From an uncultured Holophagales bacterium (GTDB lineage: Bacteria > Acidobacteriota > Thermoanaerobaculia > UBA5066), in contig CAZLQX010000003.1 in assembly GCA_964561935.1 (NCBI GenBank), positions 66,848 to 130,847 of the forward strand: a DNA stretch of 64,000 bases, given 5' to 3'. Positions 8,429 through 17,856 of this stretch are shown here, piece by piece. The notes below the pieces were generated by a model. That model ran no database searches. It had not been told where the DNA came from and saw only the letters and a program-made list of their open reading frames with translations. How positions within the stretch are numbered: the stretch's first letter is position 1; each line of letters starts with the position of its first letter. The position numbers and the translations under genes were made by a program.

Positions 8429-10296
8429 ACGCCAGCCTGAAGCGATTCCTCGCCACCCCCGTACTCCTCCTCGCCCCGCTCCTCTTCCCGGGCCGCCTCG
8501 CCGCGGGCCGGCCCGCCGGGCCGGCTGTCGCTCCCGACGCCGCCGCTCTCGTCGAGAAGCACGTGATGTGGCTCGGCGGGTGGGAGGCGCTCGACGGGAT
8601 GAAGGACCTCTCCCTCGACGGGACGATCCGCGTCGCCGGCCTCGAGGGCCGCCTCTCGGTCCGCACCCGGCGCGACGGCCGCCAGCGAACGGAGGTCGAC
8701 CTGAAGGTCGTCCGGAGCGTCGAGGTCCTCGCCGGGACCGAAGGCTGGGAGCGGAACGCGAGCGGCCAGGTCGAGCCGATGGGGCGCGACAAGGCGGTGC
8801 GACAGCGGCGCGCCCTCGAGAGGACGTTCGGCCGCCACCTCCGGGGGGAGGGAGTCGTCGTGAGCGCGGCGGGCGCCGAGACGCGCGGAGGCCGTTCCTG
8901 GTCCGTCCTCCGCTTCGCCTATCCCGACGGCGACACGTACGACCTCCTCGTCGACCCGGCGACCGGCGAGTCGCGCCACGAGCGGAGCGTCGAGGACGGC
9001 CGGACGACCTGGACGACCTCCTCCGACCTCCGCGTCGTGAACGGTCTTCGCATCGCCGGCCGGCAGGAGGTCGAGGGAGAGACGGCCCGGCAGGCGCAGA
9101 TCGTGACGTGGGAGACGGTCGCCGTGAACCGGGGGCTCGACGACGCCCTCTTCGCGCCGCCGGCCGCGGCGGGCTCGCTCGTCCGCCTGCCTTCCGGCCG
9201 GACGACGACGGAGTGGGTCCCGGTGGAGCTCTTCCGGAAGAGCTACGTCTACCTCGCGGGCGAGCTGAACGGCGTGGCGACCGACGTCGTCCTCGACTCG
9301 GGCGCCGGGATGACCGTCGTCGACCGCGCCTTCGCCGAAAGGCTGAAGCTCCGCCCCGAGGGGGAGCTCGAGGCGCGCGGCACGGGCGGCAACGTCGGCG
9401 CGGGCCTCGTCACGGGCCTCACGCTGAAGGTGGCGGGCGTCGAAATCGGCCCGGTCTCGGCCGCGGTCATCGACCTCTCCGACGTCGGGCGGAGGCTCGG
9501 CCGGCCGCTCCCGGTCATCCTCGGAAAGGAGCTCTTCCACGCCCTCGTCGTCGACCTCGACTACCCGGCCGCGCGCCTGCGTCTCCACGACGCGGCGACG
9601 TTCCGCTACGACGGGCCCGGCCGAAAGGTCGACCTCCTGCCGGGCGAAGAGGGGCACAAGAGCCTCCGGATCTCGATCGAGGGGGGCGAGCCGGTCGTCG
9701 TCGGCCTCGACACGGGCCAGGGAGGCGCCCTCTCGGTCTTCCGGCACTACTCGGACGCGCGTCGGCTCCTCGACGGGCGCCGCGTCTCCGAGAGCCGCAG
9801 CGGCGGCGTCGGAGGCGCGACCGTCTCGAAGCTCGCGACGCTCCGCGCCGTCTCGATCGCCGGCTACGACCTCCGGAACGTCCCGGCCACCTTCCAGGCG
9901 ACGGACGTCCGCGGCGCCTTCGACACGAAGCGCCAGGAGGGGAACCTCGGCGCGGGGATCCTCTCCCGCTTCCGGGTCCTCTTCGACTACTCGCGCTCCG
10001 CCCTCTGGCTCGAGCCGGGGCCGCGTCTCGACGCCCCGTTCCCGAAGGAGAAGACGGGCCTCGACCTCGACTGGGTCGACGGGGCCCTCGTCGTCGAGTT
10101 CGTCGCGCCCGGCAGCCCGGCCGCCGCGGCGGGCTGGAAGAAGGGCGAGCGCGTCACGGCGCTCGACGGAGAGCCGGCGGGGCCGGAGTCGTGGCGGACG
10201 GAGCTCCGCTGGGCCGAGGCGGAGGCCGGGACGAAGGTCCGCCTCACGCTCGCCGACGGGACGGAGCGGACGCTCACGCTCGCCGAGTACTACTAG
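8425..10296 (+). CDS. secreted retropepsin-like aspartic protease (two DSG/DTG lobes) with C-terminal PDZ domain
   Basis: Has a signal peptide. Motif VVLDSGAGMTVVD and a second lobe GLDTGQGGALSV. The C-terminal PDZ region reads VVEFVAPGSPAAAAGWKKGERVTALDG. GGAGAA lies 5 nt before the ATG. Confidence 0.75.
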   Translation: MNASLKRFLATPVLLLAPLLFPGRLAAGRPAGPAVAPDAAALVEKHVMWLGGWEALDGMKDLSLDGTIRVAGLEGRLSVRTRRDGRQRTEVDLKVVRSVEVLAGTEGWERNASGQVEPMGRDKAVRQRRALERTFGRHLRGEGVVVSAAGAETRGGRSWSVLRFAYPDGDTYDLLVDPATGESRHERSVEDGRTTWTTSSDLRVVNGLRIAGRQEVEGETARQAQIVTWETVAVNRGLDDALFAPPAAAGSLVRLPSGRTTTEWVPVELFRKSYVYLAGELNGVATDVVLDSGAGMTVVDRAFAERLKLRPEGELEARGTGGNVGAGLVTGLTLKVAGVEIGPVSAAVIDLSDVGRRLGRPLPVILGKELFHALVVDLDYPAARLRLHDAATFRYDGPGRKVDLLPGEEGHKSLRISIEGGEPVVVGLDTGQGGALSVFRHYSDARRLLDGRRVSESRSGGVGGATVSKLATLRAVSIAGYDLRNVPATFQATDVRGAFDTKRQEGNLGAGILSRFRVLFDYSRSALWLEPGPRLDAPFPKEKTGLDLDWVDGALVVEFVAPGSPAAAAGWKKGERVTALDGEPAGPESWRTELRWAEAEAGTKVRLTLADGTERTLTLAEYY

Positions 10297-10976
10297 CCGC
10301 GGTCCCGGGGCCCGGGGCCGCCCGCGCCGCGAGCGGGCGGCCCCTCCACGGCGCTCGCGTACGCGGCGGCGAGCTCCGCCTCGCCCGCCGCGGAGACGCC
10401 GAGGTCGCGGAGGAGCCCGTCGGCGAGGTCGTAGACCCAGCCGTGGACGGCGAGCGACTGCCCGCGTGCCCAGGCGTCCCGGACGACCGTCGTGTTGCAG
10501 ACGTTCCGGACCTGCTCGACGACGTTCAGCTCGCAGAGGCGCGCGAGCGCCTCGGCGTCGGAGCCGAGCCGGGCGAGCCGCTCGCGGTGCTTCTCCTTCA
10601 CGTCGCCGACGTGCCGGAGCCAGTTGTCGACGAGGCCGTGCCGCTCGCCCCGGAACGCGGCCCTCACGCCGCCGCAGCCGTAGTGGCCGCAGACGACGAC
10701 GTGCGAGACGCGGAGCACCTCCACGGCGAAGTGGATCGTCGAGAGGGCGTTCAGGTCGCTGTGGACGACGAGGTTCGCGACGTTCCGGTGGACGAACATC
10801 TCCCCGGGCATCAGCCCGACGATCTGGTTCGCCGGGACGCGGCTGTCGGAGCAGCCGATCCAGAGGTAGGAGGGGGACTGCTGCCGCGAGAGCCGCGCGA
10901 AGAACTCCGGGTCGGAACGGCTGACGCTCGCGGCCCACTCGCGGTTCTTCTCGAAGAGGTCGGGGAGGTAGCGCAT
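10293..10976 (-). CDS. can: beta-class carbonic anhydrase
   Basis: Contains CSDSRV…HxxCGG (VVCGHYGCGG), the Zn ligands of beta-carbonic anhydrases. Confidence 0.85.
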   Translation of the reverse strand: MRYLPDLFEKNREWAASVSRSDPEFFARLSRQQSPSYLWIGCSDSRVPANQIVGLMPGEMFVHRNVANLVVHSDLNALSTIHFAVEVLRVSHVVVCGHYGCGGVRAAFRGERHGLVDNWLRHVGDVKEKHRERLARLGSDAEALARLCELNVVEQVRNVCNTTVVRDAWARGQSLAVHGWVYDLADGLLRDLGVSAAGEAELAAAYASAVEGPPARGAGGPGPRDRG

Positions 10977-10992
10977 CGGGTCCTCCGGAGAG

Positions 10993-12030
10993 TCAGCCGT
11001 TCTCGAATCCGTCGAGGACGTTCACGGCGTTCACGCCGAGCTCCCGCGTCGCGTAGCCCCCCTCGAGGACGAGCACCGTCGGGAGCGCGATCCGCGCGAT
11101 CCGCGCGCCGAGACGGAGGAAGTCGTCGCCCGCGAGGGCGAACGTCGTGAGCGGGTCGCCCGCGAAGGTGTCGAGGCCGAGGGAGACGACGAGCGCCTCC
11201 GCCCCGTGGGTCCCGATCCTCGCGCAGGCCGTCTCGAGCGCCGCGAACCAGTCCGCCGCGCCCGTCCCGGCCGGGAGCGGGAGGTTCAGGTTGAAGCCCT
11301 CGCCCTCGCCCTCGCCCGTCTCGTCCGCGTGGCCGAGGTAGAAGGGGTACTCGAAGAGCGGGTCCGCGTGGAGGCTCGCGAAGAGGACGTCGGAGCGGCC
11401 GTAGAAGAGGCTCTGCGTGCCGTTCCCGTGGTGGTAGTCGACGTCGAGGATCGCGACGCGCGCGCACCCGCGGTCGCGGAGCGCCTCGGCGGCGACCGCG
11501 GCGTTGTTGAGGAAGCAGTAGCCCCCCATGAAGTCGCGGCCGGCGTGGTGGCCGGGGGGCCGCGTCGCCGAGAAGGCGCTCCGCGCGCCGGAGGCGACGA
11601 GGTCGGCGGCGCTCGCGGCGGCGTCCGCGGCGGCCTTCACGGCGGACCACGTCCCCGCGGCGAGGGGCGTCCCGTTGTCCATCGAGTAGAGGCCGAGGCG
11701 GGCGACGAAGTCGCGCGGCTCGACGTCGCTCCGGAGCGTCCGGACGGGCCAGACCGAGGGGAACGGCTGCAGGCCGGCGTTCCCGGGGTCGCGCGCGAGC
11801 CACTCCTCCCAGGCCGATTCGAGAAAGGCGAGGTAGAGGGGCGAGTGGACGCGCGCGAGGAGCGGCGCGGCGTCGGCGGACGGCTCGCGGAGCTCGTGCC
11901 CCCGCGCGGCGAGCTCCTCGCGGACGAACGAGGCGCGTGCGGGCGACTCGAAGCAGGGGACCCGCTCGCCCCGGAAGTACTCGAAGGCGGGGGCGTGGCC
12001 GGCGTGGAGCGGGGTGAAGAAGGAGATCAC
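10993..12030 (-). CDS. histone deacetylase-family (acetoin utilization/acetylpolyamine amidohydrolase-like) protein
   Basis: HDAC motifs are present: PPGHHA, ILDVDYHHGNGTQ, and …LEGGY. Confidence 0.85.
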   Translation of the reverse strand: MISFFTPLHAGHAPAFEYFRGERVPCFESPARASFVREELAARGHELREPSADAAPLLARVHSPLYLAFLESAWEEWLARDPGNAGLQPFPSVWPVRTLRSDVEPRDFVARLGLYSMDNGTPLAAGTWSAVKAAADAAASAADLVASGARSAFSATRPPGHHAGRDFMGGYCFLNNAAVAAEALRDRGCARVAILDVDYHHGNGTQSLFYGRSDVLFASLHADPLFEYPFYLGHADETGEGEGEGFNLNLPLPAGTGAADWFAALETACARIGTHGAEALVVSLGLDTFAGDPLTTFALAGDDFLRLGARIARIALPTVLVLEGGYATRELGVNAVNVLDGFENG

Positions 12031-12085
12031 GCCCCGATGTTATCCGGGCCGCGCCGCCGGCCGGGAAGGGCCGCGTCCGCCCCGC

Positions 12086-12568
12086 TCAGCGCCCGGCGCG
12101 CCGCGCCCGCTCCTCGGCCTCCTCGAGGCGCGCGAGCGCGCCGCGGAGGAAGGCGAACGCCTCCTCGCGCGTCGTGTAGCCGGGCTGCCGGGCCGCCGCG
12201 ACGCCGCCGGGACGGAAGACGACGATCGTCGGCAGCCCGGTGACGCGGAACGCCTCGACGAGCTTCTTCACCTCGGGCGTGTTCGCGCCGTCCTCCCGGG
12301 TCCGGTCGACGACCTCCACCGGCACGAACCGCTCCTCGAGGAGCCGCGCGATCCCGGCGTCGGCGTTCACCCCCTCCTTCAGATCGCGGCAGGACGGGCA
12401 CCAGTCCGCCGTGAAGAAGAGGAGGAGCGGCTTCCCGTTCGCGCGCGCCTCGGCCGTCCCGTCGGCAATCCCGCGAAAGAGGACCCCGGGCCCCTCGGCC
12501 CGGAGCCCGGGCGCCACGAGCGCGAGGAGAAGGGCTGCGAGGAGCTTCGGGGCGACGGCCTGCTTCAC
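12086..12568 (-). CDS. secreted thioredoxin-family protein (WCPSC active site), tandem paralog 2
   Basis: GTG start at 12568 overlaps the upstream stop (GTGA). Has a signal peptide, then FFTADWCPSC. Confidence 0.7.
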   Translation of the reverse strand: MKQAVAPKLLAALLLALVAPGLRAEGPGVLFRGIADGTAEARANGKPLLLFFTADWCPSCRDLKEGVNADAGIARLLEERFVPVEVVDRTREDGANTPEVKKLVEAFRVTGLPTIVVFRPGGVAAARQPGYTTREEAFAFLRGALARLEEAEERARRAGR

Positions 12569-13056
12569 CGCTCCTTCGACCGCCTCTTCTTCTTCTTCTC
12601 GGCGGCCTCGAGCCGCTGCACGGCCTCGCGCAGGAACGTGAGCGTGCTGACGTGCGAGGAGTAGCCGACGTTCCGGACGGCGGCCGCTCCCTCGGGGCGC
12701 ACCACGACGAGCGTCGGGAAGCCGGTGACCCCGGCGCTCTTGACGAGGCCTGCGACCTCCGGCGTGTTCCGGCCGTCCTCGCGCGTCCGGTCGATCACCT
12801 TCACGGGGACGAAGTCGGCCTCGATCTGCTCGACGAAGTGCGAGGAGGCGAAGACGTCGGACTCGAGGCTGTGGCACGGCGGGCACCAGTCCGCCGTGAA
12901 GAAGAGGAGGAGCGGCTTCCCGTTCGCGCGCGCCTCGGCGAAGCCGTCGTCGACTCTGCGGAACCGGACCCCGCGGGGACCGTCGGCGGCGGCCGGATCG
13001 GCGAAGACGACGAGGAGGGCGGCTCCGAGGAGGAGGGCGCGAAGCGGACGCGTCAC
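12565..13056 (-). CDS. secreted thioredoxin-family protein (WCPPC active site), tandem paralog 1
   Basis: GTG start with AAAGGAG 7 nt upstream. Has a signal peptide, then FFTADWCPPCH. Strongly similar to the downstream paralog. Confidence 0.7.
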   Translation of the reverse strand: MTRPLRALLLGAALLVVFADPAAADGPRGVRFRRVDDGFAEARANGKPLLLFFTADWCPPCHSLESDVFASSHFVEQIEADFVPVKVIDRTREDGRNTPEVAGLVKSAGVTGFPTLVVVRPEGAAAVRNVGYSSHVSTLTFLREAVQRLEAAEKKKKRRSKER

Positions 13057-13203
13057 GCGGGAGCTCCTTTCGTGAGGTCGCGGCGCCGGGACGGCCGCGA
13101 CCGGCGAGTCGGCGACGAGGCTCGCGGCTCCGGGTCCGGTGGAAGCGAGGGCGGTCGCGAGCGTTCGCGGGGAACGGCGTCCCATGCGCGGTCGCATCTT
13201 CCT

Positions 13204-13737
13204 CTAGTCCCGGCAGCCGCCCGAGTAGGAGACGACCGAGGCGCTCGCCGAGCCGATCTGGAACGCCGGGTCGTCGTCGAGCGCCTTCGGGATGGCGACC
13301 GAGAGCTCCCAGGGACTGCCGTGGCCGGGAGCGAGGTCGGGCGAGCGGGGCGGGCCGGTCGCGGAGCCGACGAGCCGGCCCCGGGCGTCGACGACGGAGA
13401 CGCGAATCGTGACGTCGCACGCCGCGTCGCCGCCGGCGTTCGTGAGCCAGCCGTTCACCGACACGACGCCGGCCGACCTCCGCCAGGTCGGCTGCGGGAA
13501 GGCGAAACGGGCCCCGGCCGGGGCGGAGGAGCCGAGCTTGCGACCGGAGGCGACGGAGGCGAGCCGCGGCGTCGGCACGGGGGTCGCCGCGGGAGGGACC
13601 GGCGTCGGCGTCGGCGTCGCCGTCGGCGTCGGGGTGAACGTCGGGATGGGAGGACGCCGCGGCGTCGCCTGAGGCGCCTGACCGGGTGAAGCCTGCGGGG
13701 CGAGGGCGAGGAGGAGTACGAGCGGGAGCGGCGTCAT
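13204..13737 (-). CDS. secreted hypothetical protein with Pro/Thr-rich linker
   Basis: Has a signal peptide (MTPLPLVLLLALAPQASPG), a PT-repeat linker and a globular C-terminal region. It lies upstream of the thioredoxin pair on the same strand. Confidence 0.5.
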   Translation of the reverse strand: MTPLPLVLLLALAPQASPGQAPQATPRRPPIPTFTPTPTATPTPTPVPPAATPVPTPRLASVASGRKLGSSAPAGARFAFPQPTWRRSAGVVSVNGWLTNAGGDAACDVTIRVSVVDARGRLVGSATGPPRSPDLAPGHGSPWELSVAIPKALDDDPAFQIGSASASVVSYSGGCRD

Positions 13738-13815
13738 CGGGTGTCCGTCTCCTCGCGCATGGCCGCGTTCATTCTCGGCGACGAGCGTCGGCCGTGGAAA
13801 GCCCCTCGCGCCGAC

Positions 13816-14838
13816 TCACGGGGCCGAATCCCGCAGTGGAAAGGCGATCCCCGCGCCCGGGGCCTCGTGCGAAGCTGGCCGAACGATGGAGTAGACGAAG
13901 GCGTCCTGGGTCCGTCCGTGGACGACGAAGCGGCAGCGGAGGCGCCCCTCGAGCGCCCCGCCCGCCTTCGCGGCGACGGCCTGGCTCGCGCGGTTCTCGA
14001 CGGCGACGAGGAGCTCGAGGCGTTGCAGGTCCGTGTTCGCGAAGGCCCACTCCGCCGCGAGGCGCGCGGCCCGCGTCGCGCGGCCGCGGCCGGTTGCGGA
14101 GGTGCGGATCCAGTAGCCGAGGTTCCCGAGCCGGAACCCCCGGTTGACCTGGTTGACCCCGCAGCAGCCGAGGATCCGGCCGCCGGCGTCGACGACGACG
14201 AACTCGAACGCGGTCCCCGCCTCGCGCGCCGCGGGCTGCTCCCCGACCCAGCGGGCGGCGTCGTCGAGGCCGTAGGTGAGAGGGCACCACGGGGCCCACG
14301 GGTGGAGCTCGGCGATCGACTCGCGGACGGCGTCGAAGAGCGGCACGGCGTCGGCGGGCTCGGGGAATCGAAGCGCGACGCCCGCCTCCGCTTCGGCGTC
14401 ATCGCCGTCGCGGGGGGTCCGGGCGGGCGGCCGCGCGAACGAGATCAGCTCGATCGGCGCGCCGTCGTGGGCGATCATCGCGGAGCGGACCCCCTCGGAC
14501 GGCGAGCCGGGAGGATGGAGGACCTGCTGCCCCGCGAGGGCGGCCTCGAGGTCGTCCACCTCGAAGGCGACGTGGGGAACGGTCCGGATGAGCTCGTGGA
14601 GGGCGCTGTCGGGGTCGAACCGCATCCACTCGACGCCGTACGGGCTCGAGCCGAAGCCCGAGACGTGGAGCCCGAACGCCTCGAGGAAGATCTCGCCGGG
14701 GCGGGCCGTGGCGGTCGGGACGCCGACGTGGTGGAAGCGCCACCCGAGCCGGGCGACGACGGGCGGGGGCTCGTGGTCCCGACGGCGGGTCCGTCGGAGC
14801 CCGCACGGGAGTGGCGAAGACACGGCTCGATTCGTCAT
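13816..14838 (-). CDS. fusion of VOC/glyoxalase-like domain and GNAT N-acetyltransferase (RimJ/RimL-like)
   Basis: The N-terminal half has VOC motifs (HHVGVP…HVAFEVDD). The C-terminal half has GNAT motifs (FVVVDAGGRILGCCG…GNLGYWIRTSATGRGRATRAARLAAEWAF). Confidence 0.7.
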   Translation of the reverse strand: MTNRAVSSPLPCGLRRTRRRDHEPPPVVARLGWRFHHVGVPTATARPGEIFLEAFGLHVSGFGSSPYGVEWMRFDPDSALHELIRTVPHVAFEVDDLEAALAGQQVLHPPGSPSEGVRSAMIAHDGAPIELISFARPPARTPRDGDDAEAEAGVALRFPEPADAVPLFDAVRESIAELHPWAPWCPLTYGLDDAARWVGEQPAAREAGTAFEFVVVDAGGRILGCCGVNQVNRGFRLGNLGYWIRTSATGRGRATRAARLAAEWAFANTDLQRLELLVAVENRASQAVAAKAGGALEGRLRCRFVVHGRTQDAFVYSIVRPASHEAPGAGIAFPLRDSAP

Positions 14839-15087
14839 GGGCGGAGAAGCCTTCGGGTCCCGTCAGGATACCGCCGGTGCGGGTGCCGGAGGACGGCCCG
14901 GCGTTCCCCGTCCGCGGCGAACGGCGCGAAGGAGGGCGAGGCGGCCGCGCGCCGACGCCGGGCCGTGACGGTGTCCTCCTGCGGACCCCGTGGGACGACC
15001 GGGCGAGATGGACGCGCGACGAGCGGCGGGCGGAGAATGGGGCACCGTGCAGGGAAGGGGCGGTGTCGTCGGAACGGAGTCGGCGGC

Positions 15088-16377
15088 GTGAACGAGTCCG
15101 CCGCGCGCGGTGAAGGACTCGCGCGCTTCAGCCGCGCGCTGACCGAGCTGACGAGCCGCCGCCTCCTCGGGGGCGGGCCGTTGGAGCCCCGGGTGCGCGG
15201 GTTCGCGGAGGTCGTCGCGGAGACGCTCGGCGTCCCCCGGGTCTCGCTCTGGCGGAAAGACGTGCGCCAGGGCCGTCTCGAGTGCGTCGACCTCTTCGAC
15301 GCGCGGACGGGACGGCACGAGTCGGGGCACTCCGTCGTCGCGTCGGACTACCCGGACTACTTCCGCGCGCTCGACGACGAACGGAACATCGCGGCCGCCG
15401 ACGCCCTCGCGGACGCGCGGACGAGGGAGTTCGGCCCGGGCTACCTCGCTCCGCTCGGGATCTCCTCGCTCCTCGACGTGCCGCTCCGGAGGGAGGGGAC
15501 GACGATCGGCGTCCTCTGCGTCGAGGCGACGGGGGCGCGCCGCGACTGGTCGACGGAAGAGGAGCTCTTCGCTCTCTCCGCCGCGAACCTCCTGAACCTC
15601 GCCCTCGAGAGCGACGAGCGGAGGCGGGCCGAGGAGGCGCTCGGGGCGGCGCGCGACCGGGCCGAGGAGGCGAGCCGCGCGAAGACGCGGTTCCTCCGCG
15701 CGATGAGCCACGAGCTCCGCACGCCCCTGAACGCGATCCTCGGGTACGCGGAGCTCCTCGCCGAGGAGGCGGGGGCGGCGGGCGAGCCGAAGATCGGCGA
15801 GGACGCGGGCCGGATCCGGAACGCACGGCAGAGACTCCTCGTCCTCGTCGACGAGGCGCTCAATCTCGCGGACCTCGACGCGGGCCGCCTCGCCGTCCGC
15901 CGGGAGAGGGTCGACGTCGCGGCGATCGCCGGGGAGGCCGTCGAGGCCGCCCGGCCCCTCGTGGAGGGACGGCCCGTCCGCCTCGAGGCGGAGCTCGGAG
16001 GGGCGGGCGAGGTCCTCGCGGACCCGTCGCGTCTCCGCCAGGTCCTCGCGAGCCTCCTCGACAACGCGGCGAAGTTCACGCGCGAGGGGACGGTCCGCGT
16101 CGTGGCGCGCCGCGCGACGCGCGGCGGACGGCGCTGGGCCGAGGTCGCGGTCTCCGACACGGGCTGCGGCCTCCCGGCGTCGCTCCAGGCCGAGCTCTTC
16201 ACGCCGTTCACGCCGGGCGAAGACGAGGCCGCGCGCCCCTTCACGGGGCGCGGCGTCGGCCTCGCGATCGCGCGGCGGCTCTGCACGCTCATGGAGGGGG
16301 AGATCGAGGTCGCGTCGGCGCCGGGCGCGGGGGCGACGTTCACGGTGCGTTTCCCGGAGCTTGGGCCCGCTCCCTGA
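15088..16377 (+). CDS. GAF-domain sensor histidine kinase (orphan)
   Basis: GTG start with GGAG 8 nt upstream. GAF region, then HisKA (MSHELRTPLNAILGY), then HATPase_c (DNAAKFT…DTGCGLP…GRGVGLAI). Confidence 0.8.
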   Translation: MNESAARGEGLARFSRALTELTSRRLLGGGPLEPRVRGFAEVVAETLGVPRVSLWRKDVRQGRLECVDLFDARTGRHESGHSVVASDYPDYFRALDDERNIAAADALADARTREFGPGYLAPLGISSLLDVPLRREGTTIGVLCVEATGARRDWSTEEELFALSAANLLNLALESDERRRAEEALGAARDRAEEASRAKTRFLRAMSHELRTPLNAILGYAELLAEEAGAAGEPKIGEDAGRIRNARQRLLVLVDEALNLADLDAGRLAVRRERVDVAAIAGEAVEAARPLVEGRPVRLEAELGGAGEVLADPSRLRQVLASLLDNAAKFTREGTVRVVARRATRGGRRWAEVAVSDTGCGLPASLQAELFTPFTPGEDEAARPFTGRGVGLAIARRLCTLMEGEIEVASAPGAGATFTVRFPELGPAP

Positions 16378-16396
16378 GCGGCCCTGCGGCGCGGCG

Positions 16397-17320
16397 TCAG
16401 CCGCGGCGGTAGACGTCGGTGCTCAGGTACTTCAGGCCGGTGTCGCAGGCGAGCGTGACGACTGTGGCGTCCGGCCCGAGCCGGGCGGCGACCGCGAGAG
16501 CCGCGACGACGTTCGCTCCGGTGGAGGTCCCGGCGAAGAGCGCCTCCTCGCGCGCGAGGCGCCGCGTCATCTCCTTCGCCTCCTCCGTCCCGACGGCGAG
16601 GACCTCGTCGGCGAGGGAAGGCTCCCAGAGCGGCGGCACGTAGCCGACGCCGACGCCCTCGATCTTGTGCGGGCCGGCCGGGCCCCCGAGGAGGACGGAC
16701 GACTCCGCCGGCTCGACGGCGACGATCCGCACGCCGGGGCGTCGACCCTTCAGGACGGTCGCGATGCCGCGCAGCGAGGCCGCCGTCCCGACGGAGTGGA
16801 CGAAGGCGTCGACCTTCCCGTCCGTCTGCCCGAGAAGCTCCTCGGCGAGGGGGAAGTAGCCCGCGATCGCGTCGGCGTTCTCGAGCTGGTTCGTGAAGAA
16901 CGTCCCCGGCTCCCGTGAGATCTTGCGGGCGGCCGCGACCATGTCGAGGATCAGCTTCTTCGTCGTCAGGCCCCCCTCGCTCGGGACGAGCGTCAGCCCG
17001 GCGCCGAGCGCGGCCATGTGATCGCGCTTCTCGCGGCTGAAGGCGTCGGAGGTCACGATCCGGATCCTGTAGCCCTTCGCGGAGGCGACGAACGCGAGCG
17101 AGGTGCCGGTGCTCCCGCCGGTGTACTCGACGACGGTGCCGCCGGGGGCGAGTCGGCCGTCCGCCTCGGCCCGCGAGATCACGGCGAGCGCCATCCGGTC
17201 CTTCATGCTCCCGGTCGGGTTCTCACCTTCGAGCTTGACGAGGACGCCCGCGGAGCCGGCGGGAACGACCTTCCGGAGACGGACGAGGGAGGTGTTGCCG
17301 ACGGCGTCGAGGACGTTCAT
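16397..17320 (-). CDS. cysK: cysteine synthase (PLP-dependent, CysK/CysM family)
   Basis: Start re-set to internal ATG (MNVLDAVGNT). Contains NPTGSMKDR (PLP lysine) and the glycine loop GTSTGAN. Confidence 0.85.
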   Translation of the reverse strand: MNVLDAVGNTSLVRLRKVVPAGSAGVLVKLEGENPTGSMKDRMALAVISRAEADGRLAPGGTVVEYTGGSTGTSLAFVASAKGYRIRIVTSDAFSREKRDHMAALGAGLTLVPSEGGLTTKKLILDMVAAARKISREPGTFFTNQLENADAIAGYFPLAEELLGQTDGKVDAFVHSVGTAASLRGIATVLKGRRPGVRIVAVEPAESSVLLGGPAGPHKIEGVGVGYVPPLWEPSLADEVLAVGTEEAKEMTRRLAREEALFAGTSTGANVVAALAVAARLGPDATVVTLACDTGLKYLSTDVYRRG

Positions 17321-17403
17321 GCGCGGAGCCTGCCTCCGCGCGAGGATAGCGCCGCGCGTGGAAGGGAGCGCTTCGAGGGGACGGCGGCCGCCCGGCCGGC
17401 GGC

Positions 17404-17856
17404 TCAGCGGGAGGCGGCTTCCTCGCAGATCTCCTTCAGCTTCGCGAGCGCCATCGGCCACGCGTCGTCCATGAACGCCTCGAAGTCGGGGGGCGTCTCC
17501 ACCTCGGCGGTCACCTCCGTCGCGCCGCCGACGTCGACGAACGTGTAGTTCTCGAACGAGGGGGGCCAGGCCGTGGCCTCGGGGCTCGTCGTGTCCTCGA
17601 CGCCGTCCTTGACGATCCCGAGGTGCTTGATCGAGACGAACTCCGGCGGGCGGCTCTCGGCGATGACCGAGGTCATCCCTCCGTCGCCGCCCGGCCCGAG
17701 GAAGCGGATCCGGTCCCCCGTGTTCCAGGAGCCCTCGTAGTACGAGCCTTCGCAGAACGGCGTCGTCCAGACCCGGTAGGTCTCCGGTCCGAGCATCGCG
17801 GCCCAGACGGCCTCGCGCGGCGCGCGGATGGTGATCGAGTGACGGACCTTCTTCAT
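17404..17856 (-). CDS. SRPBCC (Aha1/START-like) family protein
   Basis: Start re-set to ATG with GGAGG 5 nt upstream (MKKVRHSITIRAPREAVWAAM…). This N-terminus is typical of the AHSA1/SRPBCC fold. Confidence 0.7.
   Translation of the reverse strand: MKKVRHSITIRAPREAVWAAMLGPETYRVWTTPFCEGSYYEGSWNTGDRIRFLGPGGDGGMTSVIAESRPPEFVSIKHLGIVKDGVEDTTSPEATAWPPSFENYTFVDVGGATEVTAEVETPPDFEAFMDDAWPMALAKLKEICEEAASR

Noticed and set aside
8134-11803. Giant ORFs 8134-10938 minus (934 aa), 8400-11150 plus (916 aa) and 10811-11803 minus
   Set aside because: They lie opposite or out of frame with the well-supported protease, carbonic anhydrase and HDAC genes. Their composition is dominated by R/G/P/E with no domains.
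13741-15087. N-terminal 450 codons of the 878-aa ORF 13741-16377 (plus)
   Set aside because: The upstream part is antisense to the VOC-GNAT gene and is low-complexity. The kinase has a credible GTG start with an SD at 15088, where the GAF domain begins.
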